Origin: an uncultured Gemmatimonadales bacterium
Lineage (GTDB): Bacteria > Gemmatimonadota > Gemmatimonadetes > Gemmatimonadales > Gemmatimonadaceae
Direction: 5' to 3'
Length of the DNA: 64,000 nt
Assembly (NCBI GenBank): GCA_963851265.1
Contig: CAWKNZ010000002.1
Location: 480,001 to 544,000 of the forward strand
Each line of letters opens with the position of its first letter. Position 1 is the first letter of the stretch. Shown piece by piece: positions 31,243-42,665 of this stretch. The position numbers and the translations under genes are program-made. The notes under the pieces were generated by a model. The model made no database searches. It was not told the origin of the DNA and saw only the letters and a list, made by a program, of their open reading frames with translations.

Positions 31243-32041
31243 CGGCGCCGATCTCCGCCAGTGCATCGGCGTACTCCGCAGCGGTGAGCGGGCGGTAGTG
31301 CCAGTCCATGCGGTCCTCCATGAACGAGACGCCCGCGCCCTTGTGCGTGCGGGCCACGACCGCGAGCGGGCCGTCGTCGGCGCGCGCCGCGACCGCCTCG
31401 GCGAGCGCCGCGGTATCGTGCCCGTCCACCGACCGCGTCGGCACGCCGAACGCGCGGAACTTGTCCTCCAGCGGGTCGAGGTCGGCCACTTCGCGCGTCG
31501 TGCCGAATCCCTGCAGCCCGTTGACGTCGACGATCAGCGTCAGCGGCAGCCCGTGGTGCCGCGCGAAGATCAGCGACTCCCAGCACGACCCCTCGTTCCA
31601 CTCGCCGTCGGACGTTAGGCACACGACGCGTCCAGCCTCGTCCTTCAGGCGCTTGGCGAGCGCGAGGCCGTTCGCGAGACCGAGGCCGTGGCCGAGGCTC
31701 CCCGTCGCGAACAGCACGTCCGGTATGCCCGAGGTGGGCGGGTGCCCGCTCAGGCGCGTGTCGTCGCGGTGGAACGTCGTGAGGTCGTCGTCGGTGAGGC
31801 GCCCGCGTGTCCAGAGTGCGACGTAGAGCGCGCCCGCCGAGTGCCCCTTCGACAGCACGAATGCGTCGCCGGGTCCGAGCGCGACGTGATAGAGCGTGAG
31901 CAGGATGTCGAGGGCACTCAGGTTGCCGCCGATGTGTCCGGTGCCGGCCTCGTAGTGCATCCGCAGTAGCCGTCGCCGCGCCGTCGCGCGCAGCGATTCA
32001 GATACAGCGGGGTGGGGCAGAGAAGAATTCGTCAGCATCAT
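31235..32041 (-). CDS. Transketolase-like N-terminal (ThDP-binding) subunit
   Basis: GHIGGNLS, LSKGHSA, LSGHP, TGSLGHG, SDGEWNEG..N, KGAGVSFME..WHY. Confidence 0.9.
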   Translation of the reverse strand: MMLTNSSLPHPAVSESLRATARRRLLRMHYEAGTGHIGGNLSALDILLTLYHVALGPGDAFVLSKGHSAGALYVALWTRGRLTDDDLTTFHRDDTRLSGHPPTSGIPDVLFATGSLGHGLGLANGLALAKRLKDEAGRVVCLTSDGEWNEGSCWESLIFARHHGLPLTLIVDVNGLQGFGTTREVADLDPLEDKFRAFGVPTRSVDGHDTAALAEAVAARADDGPLAVVARTHKGAGVSFMEDRMDWHYRPLTAAEYADALAEIGADA

Positions 32042-32157
32042 CGCGGGGTCCGAAACCTCGGCGGCAAGACGCCGCCGACGCGTCCCGTACAATAAACGCG
32101 ATCGGCGCGTGACTGTCCCGCGCACGGCGCGCGGCGGGGTCCGCCGCCGCGCCCGCA

Positions 32158-34122
32158 TCAGACCAGCGCGGCCGGCGCGCCGGAGGTGGCGATCACCCCG
32201 TCGAGCACTTCGAGCGCGAGCTCCGCCCGGCCGAACGGGGCGCTTACCTGCACGCCCTGGACGGTGCCGCGTACCCGCTCCAGCATCTCGCGCGCGATCG
32301 CGATCCCTTCTTGCACCGCGTGCTCCTTACTACGCGCATTCGCCCGTCGCATCCGCTCCAGCACCGCCTCGGGCACCGTCACGCCGGGGACCTCGTTGGC
32401 GAGGAATTCCGCGTTGCGGGCCGATACGAGCGGCCAGATCCCGGCGATGATCGCCGGTCGGGCGGCGCCGAGCGCCGCGTCGACGTCCACGGTGAAGCGC
32501 TCGAGTTGCTCCGCGTCGAACACCGGCTGCGTGATGGCGTACTCAGCTCCGGCTTCGATCTTGTAACGAAAGCGATCCAACTCGTGCGCCGGGTCGATGG
32601 CCGCCGGGTTCACCCCGACGCCGACCGCGAACCGCGTCGGAGCCCCGATCGACCCACCGCTCGGGTCGAGCCCGCGGTTGAGCTGCGCGACGAGATTCGT
32701 GAGCCCCACCGAATCGATGTCGAATACGGCCGTCGCGTCGGGGTACGGCCCCATCTTCGGCGGATCACCGGTGATCAGCAGCACGTTCCGCAGCCCGAGT
32801 GCCGCCGCGCCTAACAGATCGCTCAACATCCCGAGCAGGTTGCGGTCGCGACACGCGTAATGCGTCACGGCCTCGATCCCACCGCCCTGCTGCTCGATGA
32901 GCAAGGACGTCGCGATCGCCCCCATCCGACTCTGCGCGCGCGGCCCGTCGGGCACGTTGATCGCGTCGACCCCCGCCGCGCCGAGCTTTCGCGCGTCCGC
33001 GACGAGCTTCGCCGTATCGACGCCGCGCGGAGGCACGATCTCGACGGTCGTCACGAAGCGTCCGTCGGCCAGGGCCGCGGCGAATCGCGAGCGCTCGGCG
33101 AACGGGACCGGCTCGAAGCCCGCCCGGGCCTGCGGCGGGGCGGCCGGCGTGCCGCCGCGCGGTGCGGCACCTGGCGTGTCCGCCGCCTTCGACGCCGACG
33201 CGGCCATCGCGCGCTCCACCCGCAGCGACTGGCTCATGGCGCGCACGTGCTCGGGCGTCGTGCCGCAGCACCCGCCCACCACCTTCGCCCCCGCCTGCAC
33301 GAGGTGCCGCGCATACGTGGCCAGATATTCCGCGCTCGCCATGTACATGCGCCGCCCGCCCACGTCACGCGGCAGCCCCGCGTTGGGCATCGCGGACAGC
33401 TTGCGGCGTGTCACCGCGGCCATCTGCTCGATCGCCTCGAGGATAGTCTGCGGCCCCACCGAGCAGTTGAGCCCGATCACGTCCGCCCCCCAGCCGTCGA
33501 GTGCGCGCGCGACGTCGGCCGGCGTCGCGCCATACGGGGTGCGCAGGTCCGAGCCGACCGTCATCTGCGCCACGACCGGCATTGCCCCGTCCACGTCGCG
33601 CGCCGCACGAATCGCCTGCTCGATCTCGATCAGGTCGCCGAACGTCTCGAGGATCACGCAGTCCGCCCCGCCCGCGCGCAGCGCGGCGATCTGCTCGCCG
33701 AACACCGCGCGCGCCTCGTCGCGGCTCGTCGGCCCGTAGGGCTCGATGCGTACCCCCAACGGCCCCACGGCGCCCGCGACGAGCACCTCGCGCCCGCGCG
33801 CGGCGTCCGCGGCCGCGCGCGCCAGCTCCGCCCCACGCCGGTTGATGGCCTCGACCTGCGTCTCGAGGCCGTACTGCGCCAGCTTCAACCGGTTCGCGCC
33901 GAACGTGTTCGTCTCGATGACCTCGGCCCCGGCGGCGACGTACGCGTCGTGCACGCCGCGCACGAGGTCGGGCGCGCGGAGGCACAGCTCGTCGTAGCAC
34001 TGATTGATGAACACGCCGCGCGCGTACAGTTCGGTCCCGGTCGCGCCGTCGAACAGGACGACGGCAGCGGGGTCTACGAGGCGCGCGAGGGCGGCGGAGC
34101 GTGGGGAGGTCGTCGAGGACAC
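32158..34122 (-). CDS. yitJ: Bifunctional homocysteine S-methyltransferase / methylenetetrahydrofolate reductase
   Basis: [38 protein letters not shown], then MTHFR domain (CRDRN, TGDPP, TQPVFD); start uncertain (34122 or 34182). Confidence 0.93.
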   Translation of the reverse strand: MSSTTSPRSAALARLVDPAAVVLFDGATGTELYARGVFINQCYDELCLRAPDLVRGVHDAYVAAGAEVIETNTFGANRLKLAQYGLETQVEAINRRGAELARAAADAARGREVLVAGAVGPLGVRIEPYGPTSRDEARAVFGEQIAALRAGGADCVILETFGDLIEIEQAIRAARDVDGAMPVVAQMTVGSDLRTPYGATPADVARALDGWGADVIGLNCSVGPQTILEAIEQMAAVTRRKLSAMPNAGLPRDVGGRRMYMASAEYLATYARHLVQAGAKVVGGCCGTTPEHVRAMSQSLRVERAMAASASKAADTPGAAPRGGTPAAPPQARAGFEPVPFAERSRFAAALADGRFVTTVEIVPPRGVDTAKLVADARKLGAAGVDAINVPDGPRAQSRMGAIATSLLIEQQGGGIEAVTHYACRDRNLLGMLSDLLGAAALGLRNVLLITGDPPKMGPYPDATAVFDIDSVGLTNLVAQLNRGLDPSGGSIGAPTRFAVGVGVNPAAIDPAHELDRFRYKIEAGAEYAITQPVFDAEQLERFTVDVDAALGAARPAIIAGIWPLVSARNAEFLANEVPGVTVPEAVLERMRRANARSKEHAVQEGIAIAREMLERVRGTVQGVQVSAPFGRAELALEVLDGVIATSGAPAALV

Positions 34123-34185
34123 GAGCGGGGGATGCGAGGGTCCTGCCGCGCGCCGAATCCGGTCGTGACGCGACCCGTTCAATAT

Positions 34186-34209
34186 ATCCGATAATCCGGA
34201 TGAACGGAT
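34186..34209. promoter_or_regulatory. Two overlapping ATCCG-N6-CGGAT palindromes upstream of yitJ (putative methionine-regulon operator)
   Basis: ATCCGataatcCGGAT 34186-34201 and ATCCGgatgaaCGGAT 34194-34209; same motif upstream of metH. Confidence 0.7.
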
Positions 34210-34402
34210 AGCATACGGTGCCGGGACCGTCTAAACTGAACGCGGCTCAACGGCCCGCGCAGGCTTCGGTCCCGCGTCTCGTTACCCGATCCGCACCAAG
34301 CTGTCTTGACCGTGCAGTCTTGATCGACGTTCGTTTCGTTGCACCCCCGCGTCGGCGTTGAGCGTTTGACGCCGGCCGGTTCGCTTCCCGTCCGCGATTC
34401 CC

Positions 34403-35395
34403 TTGTCGACTTCACTCGATAGCTCGCTCGTCGCGCCCGGCGTCGGCGCGAACCCGGCGCGCGTCGCGCGCGCGCTCGATCAGCGCGCCGACGCGCCGCC
34501 GCCCATCACGCGCGATCCGAGTCACACGAACGTGCTCGGCGCCATGCACCGCGTCACCGTGCGCGAGAGCGTGCGCGAGATCCTCTCCCACCGCGACCTG
34601 CTGATCCAACTCGCGACGCGCGACGTGCGCATTCGGTACAAGCAGGCAGTGATGGGCTTCGCGTGGGCCCTGCTCATGCCGCTCCTGATCGTCGGCGCGG
34701 GCACGCTCATCCGCATCGCCATGGTCGCGATGACGGGCATGCACCTCGACAAGGCCGAACTCGGCGGCGTCGTCCTCAAGTCGTTCCCCTGGGCGTTCTT
34801 CTCCGGCGCGCTCGGGTTCGCGGTCAACAGCGTCACGAGCAACGTCTCGCTCGTCACCAAGATCTACTTCCCGCGCGCGATCCTCCCCATCGCCGCGGTC
34901 GGCGCCAACCTGCTCGACCTCGCCGTCGGGGCGGCCGTCATGCTCGTCGCGCTGCCGTTCCTCGGCGCGCAGCTGTCGTTCGCGCTGCTCTGGGTCCCGT
35001 TCCTCGTGCTGCTCCTCGTACTGGTGACCGCAGGGCTGGGCATCGTACTCTCGTGCGCCAACCTGTTCTACCGGGACGTCAAGTACATCGTCCAGGTCGT
35101 CCTGACGTTCGGCATCTTCCTCACGCCGGTGTTCTTCGAGGTCGCCGCGTTTGGACGGCGTGGGTCGAAGTTCCTGATCCTCAATCCGCTCAGCCCGATC
35201 TTCGAAGGGCTCACGCAGTCGGTGATCCACGGCCACAACCTGTTAGTCCCCGCCACGACGATGTTGCGTGGCGTGCCCGTGACGTCGTGGGAGCCGTGGT
35301 ACCTGCTGTACAGCATGGTATGGGCGTTCGGCAGCGTCGCCCTCGGACTCGTGCTCTTCCAGCGCACGCAGTTCCTGTTCGCCGAGTACGCCTGA
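34403..35395 (+). CDS. wzm: Polysaccharide ABC transporter permease
   Basis: RDVRIRYKQAVMGFAWALLMPL, KIYFPR, YRDVKYIV, LNPL; start may be later (34544). Confidence 0.9.
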   Translation: MSTSLDSSLVAPGVGANPARVARALDQRADAPPPITRDPSHTNVLGAMHRVTVRESVREILSHRDLLIQLATRDVRIRYKQAVMGFAWALLMPLLIVGAGTLIRIAMVAMTGMHLDKAELGGVVLKSFPWAFFSGALGFAVNSVTSNVSLVTKIYFPRAILPIAAVGANLLDLAVGAAVMLVALPFLGAQLSFALLWVPFLVLLLVLVTAGLGIVLSCANLFYRDVKYIVQVVLTFGIFLTPVFFEVAAFGRRGSKFLILNPLSPIFEGLTQSVIHGHNLLVPATTMLRGVPVTSWEPWYLLYSMVWAFGSVALGLVLFQRTQFLFAEYA

Positions 35396-35405
35396 GGCCA
35401 GACAC

Positions 35406-36665
<1,260 letters not shown>

Positions 36666-36689
36666 CCGATCCTGCGAGGCGGCGTAGAC

Positions 36690-38363
36690 TCAGCGAGCGT
36701 TCGGCGCTGACGCGTCGACGCCCGTCGCGCACGCGGCCGGCGTGCGGCCGGGCAGGCGCGTGACCAACACGACACCGTCGTCGCGGTCGACGCCCGCGAG
36801 CGCGACCCGCTCGAATGCCGAATCGCTCGCGATCCGCCGCTTGTACCACGCATCACCTGCGTGGCGGACCACCACGAACGGGTCATTCCCGCAGAGCACG
36901 GCGCGCGCCTCGACCGGCCCGGTCTGATCGTATCCGAGGCGCTGAAAGAGGCGCATCTCGTTGAACAGCGCCTCCGGTCCTACCATGTCGGCCGGCGTGC
37001 GCCGGTCGTACGCCACGGCCGAATCCAGCGGATAGCGCACTGGCGGGTTGCCGGCCGCCGCGCGTGCGGCCGAGCTGTCGAACGCGAGTTCCGCGTACTG
37101 TCGTGCGTCCTCGACGATGAGCGGCAATCCGTGCGCGCGCGGATCGCGTGCGACCATGCGTTCGATCGGCACCCAGGGCGACAACGTCGGTGTCCGTTGC
37201 CGCTCGGCGTCGATCGGGCTGACCACGAGGGCGGCGATCACGACCGCCCATCCCGCGGCTCCCACGCGTGCGCGCCACGCTCGACGCTCCGGGCCGTGCA
37301 CGCCGGCCTGCTGCTCGCCCATCGTCACGAGTTCGGCCAGGAAAACCGCCCAGGCGAACGACGTCGGCAGCAGGTACCGCGGCCAGAAAATCGACACCGA
37401 GACGCGCGAGATGACGAACGCGGCGATCGGCACACCTAGCAGACCCACGCCGAGCCACAAGAGTGCGTCGCGCCGCAGTGCGCGCCTCGCCTCGTCGTCG
37501 GCGCGTTCGAACGCTGCCGGCGTACGCCCGACCAGCCTCGGCAGGAGCACCGCGGCGATGACGACCACCGCGAGATGCCCGATGCCGAGCCCGAACGCGT
37601 CGATGAGGTCGTGCCCGATCGGCACCGGGATCCACGAGCGCTGTGCGGTATGGCGCTGGCGGACGAGCGCAGGGACGTACGTCAAGAACGCCAGCCAGCC
37701 CGCGACGAATGACGCATACCGTGCGGGGCGCCACTGCCCACGCGCCAGATCCCATACGACGAGCGTGAAGCACAGCGCTCCCCCATACAGCGATCCGTAG
37801 ATGTGGGTCAGTACGAGCGCCGCCTGCGAGATCACGTTGCCGACCCACAGACCGCGGCCGACGCGCTCGCGCGTCATCAGGGCGAAACAGAGCGAGACGG
37901 CGATCGCCGAGGTGCACGCGAACACACCGTAGAACCGCACTTCGGCATTCTGCGTCAGCACCAACGACCCGAGCCCGAATACCGTCAGCACGCCGAGCGC
38001 CGTCGCGAGTCGCGCGTACGCCTGCCGCAGCGTGAACCACAACACGACGAGCGCCGTGCTCAGCCCCACCGACGAGAAGAGCCGCAGCGCGATCGGTCGC
38101 GGTCCGGCCACGGCGACCCAGGCGCGCGCGAGCAGGTGATACAGGGGCGGTGCCGAGTCGGCCCCCGCCGTGATCGCGCCTAACATGTGGCGCAGCGACG
38201 GGTCCGTGACGAGCCGGAACGTCACGATCTCGTCGAACCACATCGCCTTCCGGTGCGACGTCCACACCGACGTCGCGAGGAGGACGGCGATCGCCGCACC
38301 GACTAGTACGACATCGGGCGCGGCGGTGCGCCAGTCACGCTCTTGGGTCCGATTATCAGTCAC
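36690..38363 (-). CDS. GT-C fold membrane glycosyltransferase (GT39/ArnT-like)
   Basis: WFDE after TM1, PPLYHLL, LRLFS, EVRFY, RYLLP; many TM helices. Confidence 0.75.
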   Translation of the reverse strand: MTDNRTQERDWRTAAPDVVLVGAAIAVLLATSVWTSHRKAMWFDEIVTFRLVTDPSLRHMLGAITAGADSAPPLYHLLARAWVAVAGPRPIALRLFSSVGLSTALVVLWFTLRQAYARLATALGVLTVFGLGSLVLTQNAEVRFYGVFACTSAIAVSLCFALMTRERVGRGLWVGNVISQAALVLTHIYGSLYGGALCFTLVVWDLARGQWRPARYASFVAGWLAFLTYVPALVRQRHTAQRSWIPVPIGHDLIDAFGLGIGHLAVVVIAAVLLPRLVGRTPAAFERADDEARRALRRDALLWLGVGLLGVPIAAFVISRVSVSIFWPRYLLPTSFAWAVFLAELVTMGEQQAGVHGPERRAWRARVGAAGWAVVIAALVVSPIDAERQRTPTLSPWVPIERMVARDPRAHGLPLIVEDARQYAELAFDSSAARAAAGNPPVRYPLDSAVAYDRRTPADMVGPEALFNEMRLFQRLGYDQTGPVEARAVLCGNDPFVVVRHAGDAWYKRRIASDSAFERVALAGVDRDDGVVLVTRLPGRTPAACATGVDASAPNAR

Positions 38364-38453
38364 GCGCACGCGTGATCCTATTCCCACCTGGCGCGATTTG
38401 CCAGACGTGGGCCTCCGGCGGAACGCGGAGGTGCCGTCGCGCGACGGCTCGCG

Positions 38454-39446
38454 CTACGCCGGTTCCTGTGCGGCGCCGAGCGACGCACCGTGGCTGGTGC
38501 GCGGCGCCTCGCGGAAGCGGAATTTCCCATACCAGAATCCCGCGAGGTCGACCGCGTCCATCCGTGCGTCGAACCGTGCGGCCGGTGTTCGCAGCGGGCC
38601 CACGCCGAGCATGCCGGGCAGCGCCCGCAACGCGGCACGCGCGACGCGACCGATCCGGTAACGCGGCACGCCAAAGAGATGCGGCACCCCGGTCGGTGAG
38701 GCGCGCGCGAGCAGCCCCTGCGAGATGCCGTGCTCGAAGTACCAGCGGCGGTGGTAGTCGCGGGTCAGGCGCGCGGCGGGGATGAAATGGTGGATGATCA
38801 GTCCCGGGCGGTACTCGCCGCGCGCGCCCGCGGCGGTGAGACGGCGTTGCACGTCTTCGTCCTCACACGATCCCAAGCGCCGCGATGCGGTCGGCCCGAG
38901 TTCGGGGTCGTAGCCGCCGATCGCGCGGAGCAAGGCGAGCCGAATGACCGCGTTCCCGCCCATCAGCACGCCCGTATAATCGTGCCCGAACGTTCGCACG
39001 TCGGGGCCGCCATCCACCCACCCGACCACGCTGCTCGGACGGTACGGCATCCAGGCTGGCGGTGGCGCTTCCCAGCGCGGCACGTACGGACCCGTGATGA
39101 AGTCGAGGGCCGGATCCGCGAACGCGCGCTCGACCTCTTCGAACCAGCCGGCGTCGACTTCCTCATCGTCGTCGATCATGCCGACGAGTTCACTCGTGGC
39201 GACGGCCAGCCCCGCGTTCAGCGCGTGCGATTTCCCAGTCCGCCCCTCGAACACATACTGTAGGCGTTGGTCGAACTCCGGCGTGAGCGACGCGATCAGC
39301 TCGCGCGTGCCGTCGGTGGAGTTGTTGTCCACCACGATGATCGTGACGCGCATCCCGTCCGGGATGCGGGCGCGCGCGAAGCTCGCGATCGTGCGGCGGA
39401 GCAGTGGCGCCCGGTTGTGCGTTGCAACGAGGACGTCGAGGTGCAT
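38454..39446 (-). CDS. Glycosyltransferase family 2
   Basis: VATHNRA, VDNNSTD, ALNAG, DDD, EDED. Confidence 0.9.
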   Translation of the reverse strand: MHLDVLVATHNRAPLLRRTIASFARARIPDGMRVTIIVVDNNSTDGTRELIASLTPEFDQRLQYVFEGRTGKSHALNAGLAVATSELVGMIDDDEEVDAGWFEEVERAFADPALDFITGPYVPRWEAPPPAWMPYRPSSVVGWVDGGPDVRTFGHDYTGVLMGGNAVIRLALLRAIGGYDPELGPTASRRLGSCEDEDVQRRLTAAGARGEYRPGLIIHHFIPAARLTRDYHRRWYFEHGISQGLLARASPTGVPHLFGVPRYRIGRVARAALRALPGMLGVGPLRTPAARFDARMDAVDLAGFWYGKFRFREAPRTSHGASLGAAQEPA

Positions 39447-39466
39447 GCCGGACAGCGACGCTCGCG

Positions 39467-40501
39467 CTACCGCACGCTCCCGCGGGCGGCGGGAGCGAGC
39501 GGGCGCGGCGGGTATGAACCGTTCACGCGTTCGTGGCGAGTTGCGATGTACTCGCGGATCATGCCGAGATACTCGAGCGTTTTGAACTGCAGCCACAGGC
39601 GATCCTGCCGCCGCCCGGGGCCGAGGCGACGGGGGTAGATCGAGCTGAGCTCCAACACCTGCTTGAACAGTCGGGCCGGTGCACCGAACACGTATGGCAT
39701 GCTCGGTGATTCTGGCACGTAGCTCGAATGGCCGTCGAACACCATACCGGGCGGTGTCATGCGCACGATCGCTCGGCCGTGGTCGAATGCCCACCTGCGA
39801 TGGTACGCGAGCGTGAGCCGATTCGGCTGCACCTCCGCGTGCATCTCGATCGCGGGGTCGTACCATCCTCGGTAGCCCGCGTCGAGTAGGCGGATCTGGA
39901 CTTCGTGGTCCTCCGTCGACGTGACCGCGCCCGGCGCATGCTGGTAGCGCGGGTCGAGACGCCCCACCGCATCGAATACGCTACGCCGGATGGCCATGTT
40001 CGCGGTGACGAAGCAGCGGAACGGCTCCCGCTGGGCTTCGGCGGCCTCTCCGTAATCGATGAGCGCGAGGGGCGACCAGAACCAGTCCGTCAGCCAAGCC
40101 GGCGGTTCGGATGGCCAGATCGGACGCACTGGGCCGCCCGCATACGCGATCTCGGGGTGCGCCGCGAACACATCGCGGATCGCGATCAACCACGTCGGTG
40201 CCGGCCGTACGTCGTCGTCGGTGAATGCGAGGAACTCGCCGCGCGCGACGGCCGCACCGGCGTTCCGACCGTGGCTCGCGCCCTGCCGCGGTTCGAAGAT
40301 GTAGCGCAGCCGCCCGCCACTCGCCGGGATCATCGCCTCGACGACCTCGCGCGTGTGGTCCTTGGAGTTGTTATCGACGATGATGATCTCGTGCGGCGGC
40401 GACTCTGGGCTGAGCGCGAGCAGGCTCGAGATGGCGCCGCGAAGCGTCTCCGCACGATTGTAGGTGCTGACGACGACGGAAATGACGGGCTCGACCGACA
40501 T
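39467..40501 (-). CDS. Glycosyltransferase family 2
   Basis: STYNRA, VDNNSKD, GRNAG, FTDDD, EDHE. Confidence 0.92.
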   Translation of the reverse strand: MSVEPVISVVVSTYNRAETLRGAISSLLALSPESPPHEIIIVDNNSKDHTREVVEAMIPASGGRLRYIFEPRQGASHGRNAGAAVARGEFLAFTDDDVRPAPTWLIAIRDVFAAHPEIAYAGGPVRPIWPSEPPAWLTDWFWSPLALIDYGEAAEAQREPFRCFVTANMAIRRSVFDAVGRLDPRYQHAPGAVTSTEDHEVQIRLLDAGYRGWYDPAIEMHAEVQPNRLTLAYHRRWAFDHGRAIVRMTPPGMVFDGHSSYVPESPSMPYVFGAPARLFKQVLELSSIYPRRLGPGRRQDRLWLQFKTLEYLGMIREYIATRHERVNGSYPPRPLAPAARGSVR

Positions 40502-40600
40502 GGGCCTACGATGATTTGGAAGAGCGTGAGACCCCCGGAATCCCGGGATGTGCAAACATACCGGCCGGGACAGTCACGCGACGCCGCAACGCGCAAACCG

Positions 40601-41641
40601 TCACGACGGACGGGCGCGCAACTGCCCCGCCGGTCCTCGCCGTCGTTCGGCCACTCCAACGATGTGGCCGACGAGTTCCCGCGCCTGGCATTCCTGCAGA
40701 AACGCGTCGGCTTCGCGTCGTCGTAGCCACGCCGCCGCGGAGCGCGCGACGCTCTCCGCGAGTTGGCGGTACGCCCAGGGTGCTACCCCGAGCGGCATCG
40801 GACGGTTGGACGCGTGCGATACCGGCAACATGCGCGCGTCGAACGTCTCGCCCGGCGCGAGCAGTCCGGCGAGCGATCGCCCGTGGTCGAAATGCCACTT
40901 GCGATGGTAGGCCTTCCCGAGGCGGTTCGGCTGCACCTCGGCGTCGAGCACGATATCCGGCGAATACAGACCCGCGCCTCCGGAACGCAACACGCGGAGC
41001 TCCCATTCGTGGTCCTCGCTCGCCGCCACCGCGCCGCGCACATGCTGCCGCTCGGGGTCGAACAGGCCGACCCGGTCGAACGTCGTCCGTCGCGCGGCGA
41101 CGTTCGCCGTCACGAGACACACGGGGCGGTCGAGGTCCACGCGAAATGGCTCGTCGCCGTAGTCGATCAGGGCGAGCGGACTCCAGTGGTCGCGCGTGAG
41201 CCACCTCGGCACCGGGCCCGGCCACCGTGGGTAGACGCGGCCGCCGACGAACTCCGCCCACGGATGCTCGACGAAGGCGCGGTGGATGGACACGACCCAG
41301 TTGCGGCTGGTGCGCACGTCGTCATCGGTGAACGCGACGAACTCTCCACGCGCCGCAGCGACCCCGGTGTTTCGCGCGTGACTCGCACCCTGCTTTCCTT
41401 CGAACACGTAGCGTAACCGCCCGCCGCTCTCCGGGATCAAGGCCTCGACGACCGCGCGCGTGTCGTCTTTCGAGTTGTTGTCGACGACGACGAACTCGTA
41501 CGGTGGCGCGCCGTCCTGCGCGAGCACGCTACGCACGGCGTCGCCCAGCAGGTGCGAGCGATTGTACGTCGGCATGACGACGGTGATCACGGGCGCCGGC
41601 GCGTCCGCGCGCGTCGTCCGGCTAACGTTTGCCGTACTCAC
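40601..41641 (-). CDS. Glycosyltransferase family 2
   Basis: PTYNRS, VDNNSKD, ARNTG, FTDDD, EDHE. Confidence 0.92.
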   Translation of the reverse strand: MSTANVSRTTRADAPAPVITVVMPTYNRSHLLGDAVRSVLAQDGAPPYEFVVVDNNSKDDTRAVVEALIPESGGRLRYVFEGKQGASHARNTGVAAARGEFVAFTDDDVRTSRNWVVSIHRAFVEHPWAEFVGGRVYPRWPGPVPRWLTRDHWSPLALIDYGDEPFRVDLDRPVCLVTANVAARRTTFDRVGLFDPERQHVRGAVAASEDHEWELRVLRSGGAGLYSPDIVLDAEVQPNRLGKAYHRKWHFDHGRSLAGLLAPGETFDARMLPVSHASNRPMPLGVAPWAYRQLAESVARSAAAWLRRREADAFLQECQARELVGHIVGVAERRRGPAGQLRARPS

Positions 41642-41650
41642 CTCGCGACC

Positions 41651-42625
41651 TTACCGGCGCGACGTCGCGTAATAGTGAATCGACCCGGCAAGCCGCCGAG
41701 CTTCGCACTCCCACCACAGCGCGTCCTCTTCGTTGCCGCGCAGACGTGCCCGCAGCGCCCGCGCTCCATGCTCGGCCGTCTGGCGGTACATCCAGAGTGG
41801 CGCACCAAGCAGCTTCCGCGCGTCTGGCGGCTCGGGGGTGTACGTGCAGCCCCCGTCGAATTGATATCCCGGCGGCGTGGCGCGCGCCCGCACGCGTCCG
41901 TTGTCGAACGCCCAACGCCGGTGGTACGCCTTCGTGAGGCGCTCCGGCTGCACTTCCGCACGAATGATGGCGTCCGGTTCGTACCAACCGCGGCGGCCGG
42001 CGGCCTGCATCCGAATCTGGAACTCATGATCCTCCATCGCCGTGATCGCGCCAGGCTCGTGCTGGAAGTACGGATCGAGCCGGCCGACCGCGTCGAACGC
42101 GGTACGCCGCACGGCCAGGTTCGCCGTCACGAACACGCGAAAATTTTCAGGCGTCACCACGAATCCGGTCGGCCCATGCTCGATGAGCGCGAGTGGCGAG
42201 CTGTGCGCGTGCGTCAACCACGCCGGTGCCGGTGCGGGCCAGATCGGTTCGATCGGTCCGCCGGCGTAGTCCACGTCGGGATGCTCCGCGAACGCGCGTG
42301 CATACGCCATCAACCAGCCCCGCGATGCCCGCACGTCGTCATCCGTGAACACGATGACAGGCGCGCTTGCCGCGGCGGCTCCCGCATTTCGTCCGTACGC
42401 GACCCCCTGCGTACCCTCGAACAGATATCGAAGGCGGCCGGCGCTCTCGGGAATGAGGGCCTCGACGACCTCGCGCGTATTGTCCTTCGAATTGTTGTCG
42501 ACGATGATCACCTCGTACGGCGGCGTCGCCGGGTCGAGAGTGAGCAGGCTCCGCACCGCGTCCCGGAGGAGCGCGGCGCGGTTGTACGTCGACATCACGA
42601 CCGAGAGCGATGGTCCGTTCGGCAT
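41651..42625 (-). CDS. Glycosyltransferase family 2
   Basis: STYNRA, VDNNSKD, GRNAG, FTDDD, EDHE. Confidence 0.92.
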   Translation of the reverse strand: MPNGPSLSVVMSTYNRAALLRDAVRSLLTLDPATPPYEVIIVDNNSKDNTREVVEALIPESAGRLRYLFEGTQGVAYGRNAGAAAASAPVIVFTDDDVRASRGWLMAYARAFAEHPDVDYAGGPIEPIWPAPAPAWLTHAHSSPLALIEHGPTGFVVTPENFRVFVTANLAVRRTAFDAVGRLDPYFQHEPGAITAMEDHEFQIRMQAAGRRGWYEPDAIIRAEVQPERLTKAYHRRWAFDNGRVRARATPPGYQFDGGCTYTPEPPDARKLLGAPLWMYRQTAEHGARALRARLRGNEEDALWWECEARRLAGSIHYYATSRR

Positions 42626-42665
42626 TGAGTGCGATTTCGTCAGCAACGGGCGTGTCGCGTTCCGG

